Shown piece after piece: positions 1 to 7,422 of a DNA stretch of 32,000 bases. Under the pieces are notes generated by a model that did not search any database, was not told the origin of the DNA, and saw only the letters and a list, made by a program, of their open reading frames with translations. Position numbers and translations under genes: made by a program. Position 1 is the first letter of the stretch; every line of letters begins with the position of its first letter. The stretch is from Candidatus Saccharimonadota bacterium (GTDB lineage Bacteria; Patescibacteriota; Gracilibacteria; UBA4473): assembly GCA_020632335.1 (NCBI GenBank), contig JACKFV010000001.1, forward strand, positions 90,001-122,000, written 5' to 3'.

Positions 1-820
1 CAAAAAAGAGCCCTGTAATATACACCCACACCCAGCCCTCCACCGCCCACCCGTGCCAGTAGATGAGATACCACGCCCCCAGCAGCGCCACCCCCAGCGC
101 CCCGAAGATACTCACCGCGTTCTTGATGCTGGAGAGAAACGCCACTTCCAGATTCCCCAGACGGTAGGCGCCAATGGCAGCACTATAAATGAGTACTTGT
201 AGAGAAGCAAATGTATTCACCACCGGAGGGATATTAATATCGTAGAAGTGGAAGAAATTAGTCGCCCCAAAAATAGAGGTAATAATCTCCCCTACCAACA
301 AAGTGTTAATAAACGGTAGATCTTTTCCCCGATTACTTTGTCGCGCCTCTAGCAGTAAATAAAAACTATAACAGAAGTACAACGCATAAAATGCCAACCA
401 TACAGGGTAGAGCATGCCTGGCTCTGCCCAATATCGGAAGCTCTCCACAGATTTTAACCCTTCAATAAAGTAGGGGGAAAAAGAAAAACATGCAAAAAAA
501 ATACTCAAGAGATACCCCAGAATAAGTATCTTTTTGTGGCATTCAATACCTCCTAATAATGCCAGGACAAAATGGAGATTCGCTACTGGTATAAATACCG
601 CCCCGATATGTAATAACCGGAAAGAGAGTAGCGAATTACTAGCGGAGTCCTGTACAAATGGGAAGAAATACCCCGCACTCCAGAGAGCAATGGTGAAACA
701 AAAAAGGAGAAATGTTCTATTTACCTGACTCTGGGTATTCTGAAAATACACCACTATACCACTCACCAGTGAGACCACCAGATTTATAAGGCCGCTAATA
801 CCTATCCAAAGGTAGAGCAT
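1..820 (-). CDS. Sensor protein, N-terminal polytopic (7TM-type) membrane domain; 5' part only, gene runs off the left edge
   Basis: Absent from the ORF track because it has no stop inside the window. My manual reverse-strand translation from ATG 820 stays open to position 1 (273 codons): MLYLWIGISGLINLVVSLVSGIVVYFQNTQSQVNRTFLLFCFTIALWSAGYFFPFVQDS... It has about 7 hydrophobic helices. The NR-x-F...A-x-W pattern after helix 1 resembles the N-terminal 7TM domain of histidine kinases and GGDEF sensors. The output domain lies outside the window. TAGTAT (827-832) sits 6 nt upstream of the ATG. Confidence 0.6.
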   Translation of the reverse strand, partial: MLYLWIGISGLINLVVSLVSGIVVYFQNTQSQVNRTFLLFCFTIALWSAGYFFPFVQDSASNSLLSFRLLHIGAVFIPVANLHFVLALLGGIECHKKILILGYLLSIFFACFSFSPYFIEGLKSVESFRYWAEPGMLYPVWLAFYALYFCYSFYLLLEARQSNRGKDLPFINTLLVGEIITSIFGATNFFHFYDINIPPVVNTFASLQVLIYSAAIGAYRLGNLEVAFLSSIKNAVSIFGALGVALLGAWYLIYWHGWAVEGWVWVYITGLFF

Positions 821-843
821 CCTCCCATACTACCACAACACCT

Positions 844-884
844 AAAAAAAGGAAGCTTCGATATGCTATATACCGTTGCTTCCT
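844..884 (-). terminator. Rho-independent terminator downstream of the 443-aa ORF
   Basis: Inverted repeat aggaagc (850-856) / gcttcct (878-884). An A7 run on the + strand (844-850) gives T7 after the hairpin on the - strand. It lies 7 nt after the stop at 891. Confidence 0.5.
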
Positions 885-890
885 GTAGAG

Positions 891-2222
891 TCAGGACAGT
901 CGCCTGACCAAGAGAATATTTTGACTTGGGTGCACTGGATGCACCCCCACTTCAAACCGTTTTCCTTCTTTTCCAAACTCCCTTAGTGCCTTCTCTGCTA
1001 ATTGCAGAAGCTGCTCAGTAGTGCGTTCGTGAAGGAACCAATTGTAGAGAATCCTCAAGAATTTACCCTGAGGATTATAGGCATAATTGCCAGAGGCGTA
1101 TACCCCCCCCACTTCTAGATTTCCGCACCCGGCAACTATATGACGACAGTAGTACTCATCAGAGAAGTAGTCATCTACTCCGTCAGAAAACTCTCTAAAC
1201 ACTGACTGCCCGCGGGGAAGTCGCACATCAGCGCTCCTCCCTGTCTTGATCACGTATTCTATCGGCAATCTCTTTAGAATATGCCTCGCGATTATCTCAG
1301 CCTCCGGGTCGGTATCAAGTAAAACCCATCGAACCTTTTCAATGAGTAAACGACCAGCAGGATCGCGTACATTCTCGAAAACCTGATAGAAAGCAAAGGG
1401 TTTTATCCCCGGACCAGAAGGCCCATCCACTACCACCTTTCTTTCTCCTTCAGGGAGCTCTATAGCATACAGTGCCTCTGCCAACGCGCAAATCCCATAC
1501 CACTGCCGAGCCCAAAGTGGTTCTGCATCTTGCCCTGCATACGCATAGCGGTTGCAGTTGATCTCCCCTTGGTACAGAAGATACATGCGGAGCATCAACA
1601 TAAGATGCCCCGGATATGCCGAGTATGGCGTATCCGATGGCTGCTTCTGCTGCCACAACATAGACCCAAAGTAAAACCGTGGAGCCACAGTGGCATGAAA
1701 CATGATAAGCTGCTCTTTGCTGAGCCGCCTTTGTTGTATCAACCACAGAAGTCCTTGAAGGAGGCCATTAACCTTCGCATCCTGTGCTGGCGTCGGTCCT
1801 GTCGTTTCTTTAATACTATCCAGGAACGATAGTATCTCCGACCAGATTGTGTCCGGGCGCTGTGGAACCGGAAGTTCCATTGTAGACACTTCACGCTGTA
1901 ACCGTTCCCAAAACTGGTTATATCCCTGTTCCGCTTCTTTAGACCCCTTTATGTAGTTTGCTGCAGAGGTGAATACGACAGGATTTTTTCCTACCCAGCA
2001 CTGCACACCAGTGCATCGTAGTCTCTCCGCCAAGAAGAGACGAAACTGCGATACTTGCTCCTCAAAAGAGAGAGGGCTCCAAGGGTGCCACTGTGACAAC
2101 ACGGCACCTTTGTGTGGATTGTTGTTGGTTCTCATTTTTTTAAATTTTAGTGAATCAATACCGCTATACTCCTGTCTATCATTTCGAAATACAGAGGTCA
2201 TGCCACTATAACCACATAACAT
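891..2222 (-). CDS. Hypothetical protein (443 aa), no family recognised
   Basis: Long ORF with an ATG start at 2222; alternative ATGs at codons 8 and 30. The amino-acid composition is protein-like and no signal peptide or TM segment is evident. GC is visibly lower than in the core genes to the right. I recognise no catalytic motif. Confidence 0.7.
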   Translation of the reverse strand: MLCGYSGMTSVFRNDRQEYSGIDSLKFKKMRTNNNPHKGAVLSQWHPWSPLSFEEQVSQFRLFLAERLRCTGVQCWVGKNPVVFTSAANYIKGSKEAEQGYNQFWERLQREVSTMELPVPQRPDTIWSEILSFLDSIKETTGPTPAQDAKVNGLLQGLLWLIQQRRLSKEQLIMFHATVAPRFYFGSMLWQQKQPSDTPYSAYPGHLMLMLRMYLLYQGEINCNRYAYAGQDAEPLWARQWYGICALAEALYAIELPEGERKVVVDGPSGPGIKPFAFYQVFENVRDPAGRLLIEKVRWVLLDTDPEAEIIARHILKRLPIEYVIKTGRSADVRLPRGQSVFREFSDGVDDYFSDEYYCRHIVAGCGNLEVGGVYASGNYAYNPQGKFLRILYNWFLHERTTEQLLQLAEKALREFGKEGKRFEVGVHPVHPSQNILLVRRLS

Positions 2223-2444
2223 TCTTTCGCAGGAAGACTCTCAACCCTCTCCCGAGCTGGCAAAAGTATATATAAGTATATACCTCCTCCGACGGTAAAA
2301 AGGCTGACCACTTCCTGCAAGGCCATGAGTAGTGCTCCACATCATATCTCTCTCGCAACACTACAGTTGTGAAAGAGCTTTTATACTCTCTTGCTTTTCA
2401 ACGCCTTGTCAAGAGATTTTTCCTGTAAATATATATAAAGCGCC

Positions 2445-3785
2445 TCAGAAGAGCACCTCGCTCAGCCCGCTGATGTGCCGCAGCGTCTGCACGGGCACCG
2501 GATATTCCCCTGTATTATCCGCGGTATCCGGCCCCAGTATCACCCGCGTAAACCCCAGCCGCGCCGCCTCCTGCACCCGCTGGGCCTGGTGGGGTACTCG
2601 TCGCACCTCGCCACTCAGCCCCACCTCCCCCAGGAGTAGCACCCCCGCCGGCACCCGCACGCCGTGCACACTGCTGATGATGGCTGCCACCAGTGCGAGA
2701 TCCAGCGCGGGGTCAGCCGTGCGGATGCCCGCTACCAGATTCACATAGACGTCGTGTACGTTACACGGCAGCTTTGTATGCTTCGTGATGACAGCAATGA
2801 GCGTATGTACCCGGCTGAGTTCCACGCCCTGGCTCACCACCCGTGGCGTCCCAAAATTCGTTTTCAGCGTCAGCGCCTGTACCTCCGTCAGCAGCGTACG
2901 CATCCCGTCCCGCAGCAGACTATACGCCACCCCTGGCGCGTCCGTGCGGTGCTGCTCCAGCAGAGTGCTGGCGTCCGTCACGCTCTCCATCCCGTGGCCC
3001 GTCATCCGCCACAGCCCTATCTCCATGGTGCTGCCATAGCGATTTTTCTTGGCACGAAGGATGCGCACGTCGCTCTGGCGCTCGCTCTCCAGCTGCAACA
3101 CGGCGTCTACCATATGCTCCAGCACGCGTGGGCCGGCAATAGCCTCGGTCTTGGTCACATGGCCGATGAGCAGCACGGCCGTCCCCGTACGCTTGGCGAG
3201 GGAAAGCAGGGCATGGGTAGCGTCCTTCAGCTGCCGGAGCGACCCGAGCGGCGACTCTCCATCGCTGAGGGTCTGGATGCTGTCGATGATCACCAGTGGC
3301 AGACAGTGCGCCTCCAGCGTGGTCAGCACATCCCCCAGACTCACCGAGCTCAGCACCCGCCCCTCTATCCCCGAGAGCTGCAGCCGCTCAGCGCGTTCCA
3401 TCACCTGGCTGAGCGACTCCTCCCCACTGACATACAGCGCGGTAGGCAGCGCGTGCAGCACCTGCAGCAGCAGCGTACTCTTGCCCACCCCGGGGCTGCC
3501 CCCCAGCAGCAGCACGCTCCCGGGCATGATGCCCCCGCCCAGCACCCGGTCCAGCTCAGTGAGAGTGGTGGGGATACGCCTGGCCTGTGCCTGCCACGGG
3601 GCTCCCTCGCCCGCCAGTAGCAAATCCTCCCCTGTCAGCAGTGCCTCCTCAGCAGTGCTCTCCCCACCCTTCGGCGCGCGATAGGGCTTTACGGTGCCGT
3701 ACTCTCCGCAACTGGGGCAGCGCCCGTAGTGCGTCGCGAAGACATCGCCACACTCGGTACACAGGTACTGCTGCTGCTTGGTCAT
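2445..3785 (-). CDS. radA: DNA repair protein RadA/Sms
   Basis: N-terminal zinc ribbon CTECG...CPSCG, Walker A GGSPGVGKSTLLLQ, KNRYG motif (RAKKNRYGS) and a Lon-protease-like C-terminal domain. TGA stop. TTGACA-16-TACCCT-6-ATG lies upstream. Confidence 0.96.
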   Translation of the reverse strand: MTKQQQYLCTECGDVFATHYGRCPSCGEYGTVKPYRAPKGGESTAEEALLTGEDLLLAGEGAPWQAQARRIPTTLTELDRVLGGGIMPGSVLLLGGSPGVGKSTLLLQVLHALPTALYVSGEESLSQVMERAERLQLSGIEGRVLSSVSLGDVLTTLEAHCLPLVIIDSIQTLSDGESPLGSLRQLKDATHALLSLAKRTGTAVLLIGHVTKTEAIAGPRVLEHMVDAVLQLESERQSDVRILRAKKNRYGSTMEIGLWRMTGHGMESVTDASTLLEQHRTDAPGVAYSLLRDGMRTLLTEVQALTLKTNFGTPRVVSQGVELSRVHTLIAVITKHTKLPCNVHDVYVNLVAGIRTADPALDLALVAAIISSVHGVRVPAGVLLLGEVGLSGEVRRVPHQAQRVQEAARLGFTRVILGPDTADNTGEYPVPVQTLRHISGLSEVLF

Positions 3786-3791
3786 GGAGAT

Positions 3792-3840
3792 AGGGTATGG
3801 GCCAGCGCAGAGTTGTCAAAGCCCCAGCCATCACTATGCT
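3792..3840. promoter_or_regulatory. Back-to-back divergent core promoters for radA and the GT4 gene, with overlapping -35 hexamers
   Basis: Plus strand: TTGTCA (3813-3818), 16 nt, TATGCT (3835-3840), 6 nt, ATG 3847. Minus strand: TTGACA (3814-3819), 16 nt, TACCCT (3792-3797), 6 nt, ATG 3785. The whole intergenic region is 61 bp. Confidence 0.55.
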
Positions 3841-3846
3841 CGGGCT

Positions 3847-5004
3847 ATGGAGCCACTACAGGGGAAACGTATCGCCATCATCTGTGATGACCTGAGCGTC
3901 CGTGGTGGCGCCGAACAAGTCACACTAGACATCGCCGCGCTCTACCCCAACGCGCCCATCTACACCAGTATCTACAGTAAAGAGCTCTTCCCCGAGGTCG
4001 CCAGCCGCGTGCGCCCCAGTATCCTCCAGTGGCTGCCAGCTCCCCTCAGGCGGCGCCACCAGTACCTGGCCTTCCTGATGCCATGGGTGTTCTGGCGGTG
4101 TGACCTGCGGGAATACGACGTGCTCATCAGCTCGTGCAGTCGGTTCAGCAAATGCCTGACGACGCGGCCCGGGCAGGTACACATCTGCTACTGCCATACG
4201 CCGGTGCGCTTCCTCTACCACTACCGCACCGAGGCTACCCGGCGCTACCCGCTCCCTCTGTGGGCCAGGTCCGTGCACCTCATCTTGCCCATGATGCTGC
4301 GGTATTTCTCGTGGGAGGACCAGCGTGGCGCGGCGTCGGTCACCCACTGGGTGGCGAATAGTGAGTATATCCAGGGGCTCATCGCCCGCTACTACCGTGC
4401 TGAGGCAACGGTCATCCACCCCGGGGCACGCATAGAACCCTTCCTCAGAGCCGCCAAGAACACCCTCCACAAGGGCGATTACTTCTTTGCGCTGTCGCGC
4501 TTTGTGCCGCACAAGCACATGGATCTCATCGTGCGGGCCTTCATCGCCAATGGCCTACCGATAAAGATAGGCGGTACCGGCCCCGAGTGGCAGCGCTGCA
4601 AACAGATGATAGACGACGCCAACGCGACCAATATAGAGCTACTGGGGTTTGTGAGTGACCGTGACCGAGAGCGGCTCTGGGCAGCGGCGCGGGCGTGGAT
4701 CTTCCCGTCGTTTGAGGATTTTGGCATCGTGGGGGTGGAGAGCCTGGCAGCCGGCACCGTGCCTCTCTACTACGCGGGGGGCGGCATGGCGGAGATCATC
4801 CCCGAGGGCTATGGTGTCCCCTTCTATAGCCAGACGGTCGAGGCGCTGCAGCAAGCCGTAGAGCGCTTCCTCGCCACCGAGGATAGCTTCGACACATCTG
4901 TCCTCCAGGCGCGGGCTCGGGCCTTTAGCGTCGAGGCATTCCAGCAGCAGATGCGGGCCTTTGTGGACCATGCCATCGCGAGCACAGCTCCTCCGCAACA
5001 CTAG
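3847..5004 (+). CDS. Glycosyltransferase, GT4 family (GT-B fold)
   Basis: The N-terminus KRIAIICDDLSVRGGAEQV and the C-terminal E-x7-E motif (FEDFGIVGVESLAAG) are typical of GT4 enzymes. The ORF track starts at TTG 3778. ATG 3847 is preferred because the -10 hexamer sits 6 nt upstream and 3778 overlaps radA. Confidence 0.9.
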   Translation: MEPLQGKRIAIICDDLSVRGGAEQVTLDIAALYPNAPIYTSIYSKELFPEVASRVRPSILQWLPAPLRRRHQYLAFLMPWVFWRCDLREYDVLISSCSRFSKCLTTRPGQVHICYCHTPVRFLYHYRTEATRRYPLPLWARSVHLILPMMLRYFSWEDQRGAASVTHWVANSEYIQGLIARYYRAEATVIHPGARIEPFLRAAKNTLHKGDYFFALSRFVPHKHMDLIVRAFIANGLPIKIGGTGPEWQRCKQMIDDANATNIELLGFVSDRDRERLWAAARAWIFPSFEDFGIVGVESLAAGTVPLYYAGGGMAEIIPEGYGVPFYSQTVEALQQAVERFLATEDSFDTSVLQARARAFSVEAFQQQMRAFVDHAIASTAPPQH

Positions 5005-6491
5005 GGCATAGGGCGCTTGTCGATCACCGTCCAGCGCTGCGTGGGGTTCAGCGGGTTGCCGTAGACGTCGGTCACTCCCGTCAGCCCCAGCTGGTACGCC
5101 CGGCGCTCCCCCACGCCATCTACCCGGAAGCGCAGCAGTATCGTTCGTCCGTTCTCTGAGAGGGCGAAATCTGTGGCGCTTGTCGTCACTCCCTCACGCG
5201 CTATCGTGGCTGAGAAGCCCTCACCCAGTACTACCGGCTCGTTTGTGTGAAGCTCTACGCCCATGGTATTGCCCATCATATCCCATTGCTCTGGTGCCTG
5301 CGTGAGTAGCTGATGGTAGGTGAGAAAAGGCCCGGTGACGTCTGGGACGCTCTGCCAAGTAGTAGTGTAGAGCGCCGGCGCCGTGCCAAGAATCTCGTAC
5401 TCGGCCAGGCCCGTATGCTCCCGCACCTGCAGCGTCCGGCTCTGGAGGCTCTGCTGGGGGTAGAGCGACACCGTGGTACTGCCCCGCAGCCGGAGCCCCC
5501 GCGGCACATACACCTCCCAGCGGCTCAGCGGCCCCCTGTGGCGGATGGTACTGCTGTACGTCTCCTGCCCTCCAGGCGCTATAGCGGCCCCCCAGCGCAC
5601 CGTCTCACCCCCCATCGCCACGGGCCAGTGCATCTCCACCGTGCCCGTCCACACCTGGCTGAGCGGCTCCTCATAGCCCCCGTCATGCCGCAGCGTGACC
5701 GTGGTGGTGAGCTGCCAGTCATTCGGCTGGAGTTCTCGGACGTCGGTATGCAGGGTGACGTCCAGGTAGCGGTTGGTCTTGCCGCCCCCGAGATTCCACA
5801 GCAGCAGCTCCAGGCTCTGCTCCGTCGGCACCACCGGCCGAGAAACCCCCTCGATGTACCACTGGCCACTGCGTACCATCTGCCCGATGGCATGGGTGAG
5901 CTGCCCCCACTTCCACGGTCGCCAGAGTGTGCGCCCTAGCCACGCACGCCCCAGCGCCGGCAGGTGGTCCTTCCGGTCCGCCAGGCTGTCTAGGTTATGC
6001 CGATCGGTATCCGCTACGCTTCGGCTCAGCAGCGCAAAGAGGTCCTTGCTCGCCACCCGCTGCCCGGCATATCGCACCGGCCCCACCACTGCGGCTATCC
6101 GCTCCACCACGCTCAGCGGCACCATCCACACGCGGTCTACCGTCTGGCCCGTCAGCTCCGCATAGGCACTCTTATGCGCCGCAGCGCACTGCTCTGGGTC
6201 ACTGTCGTCCCCCGCATCACGGAAGTACAGCGCATCCGTGAAGCCCTGCATCGCTGGCGGTAGGGGCCGCAGCAGCGGCTGCTCGAGGTCAAAGACATTA
6301 TGGAATTGCAGGCGAAATGGCAGCAAATGCAGCGTGGCATACGCGGTAGTAAAGCCCCCACAGGGCCGCAACTCCGCCTCATTCTGCAGGAGGATAAGGT
6401 GCTCCTCCCCCAGCAGGCCTATGCCCCAGCGCACCGGCCACACTACCCAGCCAAGCCAGAGCACGAGAAGGATCCCCATTACGCGTCGCAT
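5001..6491 (-). CDS. DUF4012 domain-containing exported protein with an Ig-like C-terminal domain
   Basis: N-terminal TM/signal segment (MRRVMGILLVLWLGWVVW). The motif LILLQNEAELRPCGGFTTAY matches the DUF4012 hallmark (QN.aElR.tGGf). The C-terminal ~90 aa look like an SbsA/Big-type beta domain. Start trimmed to ATG 6491 (TTGCGG-16-TATGCT-6-ATG). Its stop overlaps the GT4 stop in the tetranucleotide CTAG (5001-5004). Confidence 0.85.
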   Translation of the reverse strand: MRRVMGILLVLWLGWVVWPVRWGIGLLGEEHLILLQNEAELRPCGGFTTAYATLHLLPFRLQFHNVFDLEQPLLRPLPPAMQGFTDALYFRDAGDDSDPEQCAAAHKSAYAELTGQTVDRVWMVPLSVVERIAAVVGPVRYAGQRVASKDLFALLSRSVADTDRHNLDSLADRKDHLPALGRAWLGRTLWRPWKWGQLTHAIGQMVRSGQWYIEGVSRPVVPTEQSLELLLWNLGGGKTNRYLDVTLHTDVRELQPNDWQLTTTVTLRHDGGYEEPLSQVWTGTVEMHWPVAMGGETVRWGAAIAPGGQETYSSTIRHRGPLSRWEVYVPRGLRLRGSTTVSLYPQQSLQSRTLQVREHTGLAEYEILGTAPALYTTTWQSVPDVTGPFLTYHQLLTQAPEQWDMMGNTMGVELHTNEPVVLGEGFSATIAREGVTTSATDFALSENGRTILLRFRVDGVGERRAYQLGLTGVTDVYGNPLNPTQRWTVIDKRPMP

Positions 6492-6497
6492 AGCCGG

Positions 6498-6525
6498 AGC
6501 ATACACCGCCGCCAGCGTACCGCAA
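6498..6525 (-). promoter_or_regulatory. Candidate leaderless promoter of the DUF4012 gene
   Basis: Minus strand reads TTGCGG (6520-6525), 16 nt, TATGCT (6498-6503), ccggct, ATG 6491. Confidence 0.45.
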
Positions 6526-6578
6526 CTGTAGAAATACCACCATACAATGTATATGGCAAGAGTGATTTTACTCCCCTC

Positions 6579-6606
6579 TTGACAGAGAGCCCTCATAAGG
6601 AATAAT
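6579..6606 (+). promoter_or_regulatory. Candidate promoter of the 6628 gene
   Basis: TTGACA (6579-6584), 16 nt, AATAAT (6601-6606). A second -10-like CATAAT lies 8 nt upstream of ATG 6628. Confidence 0.45.
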
Positions 6607-6627
6607 CGGCGCGCATAATGCTTTTCA

Positions 6628-7314
6628 ATGAAATCTCCGCATCTCTTCGCCGCGCTTGCCGCCGGTATTGGCCTCAGCTCAGCCGCTGCCAGTGGCTACG
6701 TTTCTAATAGCGCCCTCTACGGTATGTACCAGGAGGCCACCGTTACCCCTGCCCCAGCAGTAGCTGCTGAAGCGGTAGAAATGGTAGAACCCGCGCCGAC
6801 CACCATCGTCGTCCCCGTAGTGATGGAAAGCCCCGAGTCTACCACCACAACCCAGATGATCAGCAGCGAAGCGCCCATCGTGCGCACGGTAGAACCAGGG
6901 CATGAGGCCATCACTACCACCACCATCCAGAACCTGCCCGTGACCAACACCCAGCCCATCATGGTATACCCGGCCACTACTAGCACGGGGATGGTACGCT
7001 ACACCGGTGGCGCGGCGGATATGTTTGTAGACGGTACTGTGTCTCCTACAGACGGTGTGCAGGTCTACTACATCGACGCTAATGGCAACATGGTGACCAA
7101 CACCGTTACCCAAGACGCCCTCGGAAACTACGTTATTTACCGGAATACTGGAGACCAGAATGTCTTCAACTACGGCACGAGCACCGGTCTGCTGAACCGC
7201 TATGCTATCCAGCCAGGGACTTACCAGTCTTACTTTGGTGTGAATCAGATGACCGAGGCAAAATCTCGTGCCGCTAAACTGCTCCAAGCCTACGGTACCT
7301 ACGGCGCTCGCTAG
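6628..7314 (+). CDS. Secreted Thr/Val-rich hypothetical protein (228 aa)
   Basis: Signal peptide MKSPHLFAALAAGIGLSSAAASG, a promoter upstream and a strong terminator directly downstream. The overlapping antisense ORF 6679-7350 has none of these. Confidence 0.7.
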   Translation: MKSPHLFAALAAGIGLSSAAASGYVSNSALYGMYQEATVTPAPAVAAEAVEMVEPAPTTIVVPVVMESPESTTTTQMISSEAPIVRTVEPGHEAITTTTIQNLPVTNTQPIMVYPATTSTGMVRYTGGAADMFVDGTVSPTDGVQVYYIDANGNMVTNTVTQDALGNYVIYRNTGDQNVFNYGTSTGLLNRYAIQPGTYQSYFGVNQMTEAKSRAAKLLQAYGTYGAR

Positions 7315-7336
7315 GCCACTGCTCCCCCGTCGCCAT

Positions 7337-7366
7337 AAAAAACCCACCAAAACGGTGGGTTTTTTG
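7337..7366 (+). terminator. Rho-independent terminator
   Basis: aaaaaacccacc (7337-7348) pairs perfectly with ggtgggtttttt (7355-7366) around a 6-nt loop. The T-run follows on the + strand. Confidence 0.75.
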
Positions 7367-7375
7367 CAGGGTTAC

Positions 7376-7403
7376 TTTACACTGTAAGCGCATTCATTAT
7401 GCT
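7376..7403 (+). promoter_or_regulatory. Candidate aspS promoter
   Basis: TTTACA (7376-7381), 16 nt, TATGCT (7398-7403). ATG lies 19 nt downstream with no Shine-Dalgarno motif in the leader. Confidence 0.45.
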
Positions 7404-7422
7404 CCTGCCGTAGTGATTCTCT

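Noticed and set aside
534-728. 64-aa + strand ORF
   Set aside because: It lies entirely antisense to the open 273-codon sensor reading frame and has no supporting signals.
2664-3620. Long antisense ORFs opposite radA. The same class occurs at 12805-13494, 15147-15866, 16740-17651, 26472-27197, 28151-29029, 31224-31844, 5313-5939 and 3925-4518.
   Set aside because: All lie opposite genes with clear conserved motifs. They have Arg/Ala/Gly/His/Pro-rich, low-complexity translations typical of GC-rich shadow frames.
6679-7350. 223-aa minus-strand ORF overlapping the 228-aa + strand gene
   Set aside because: The + strand ORF has an ATG start, a clear signal peptide, an upstream promoter-like site and a downstream terminator. 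The minus ORF has none of these and would run through the terminator hairpin.
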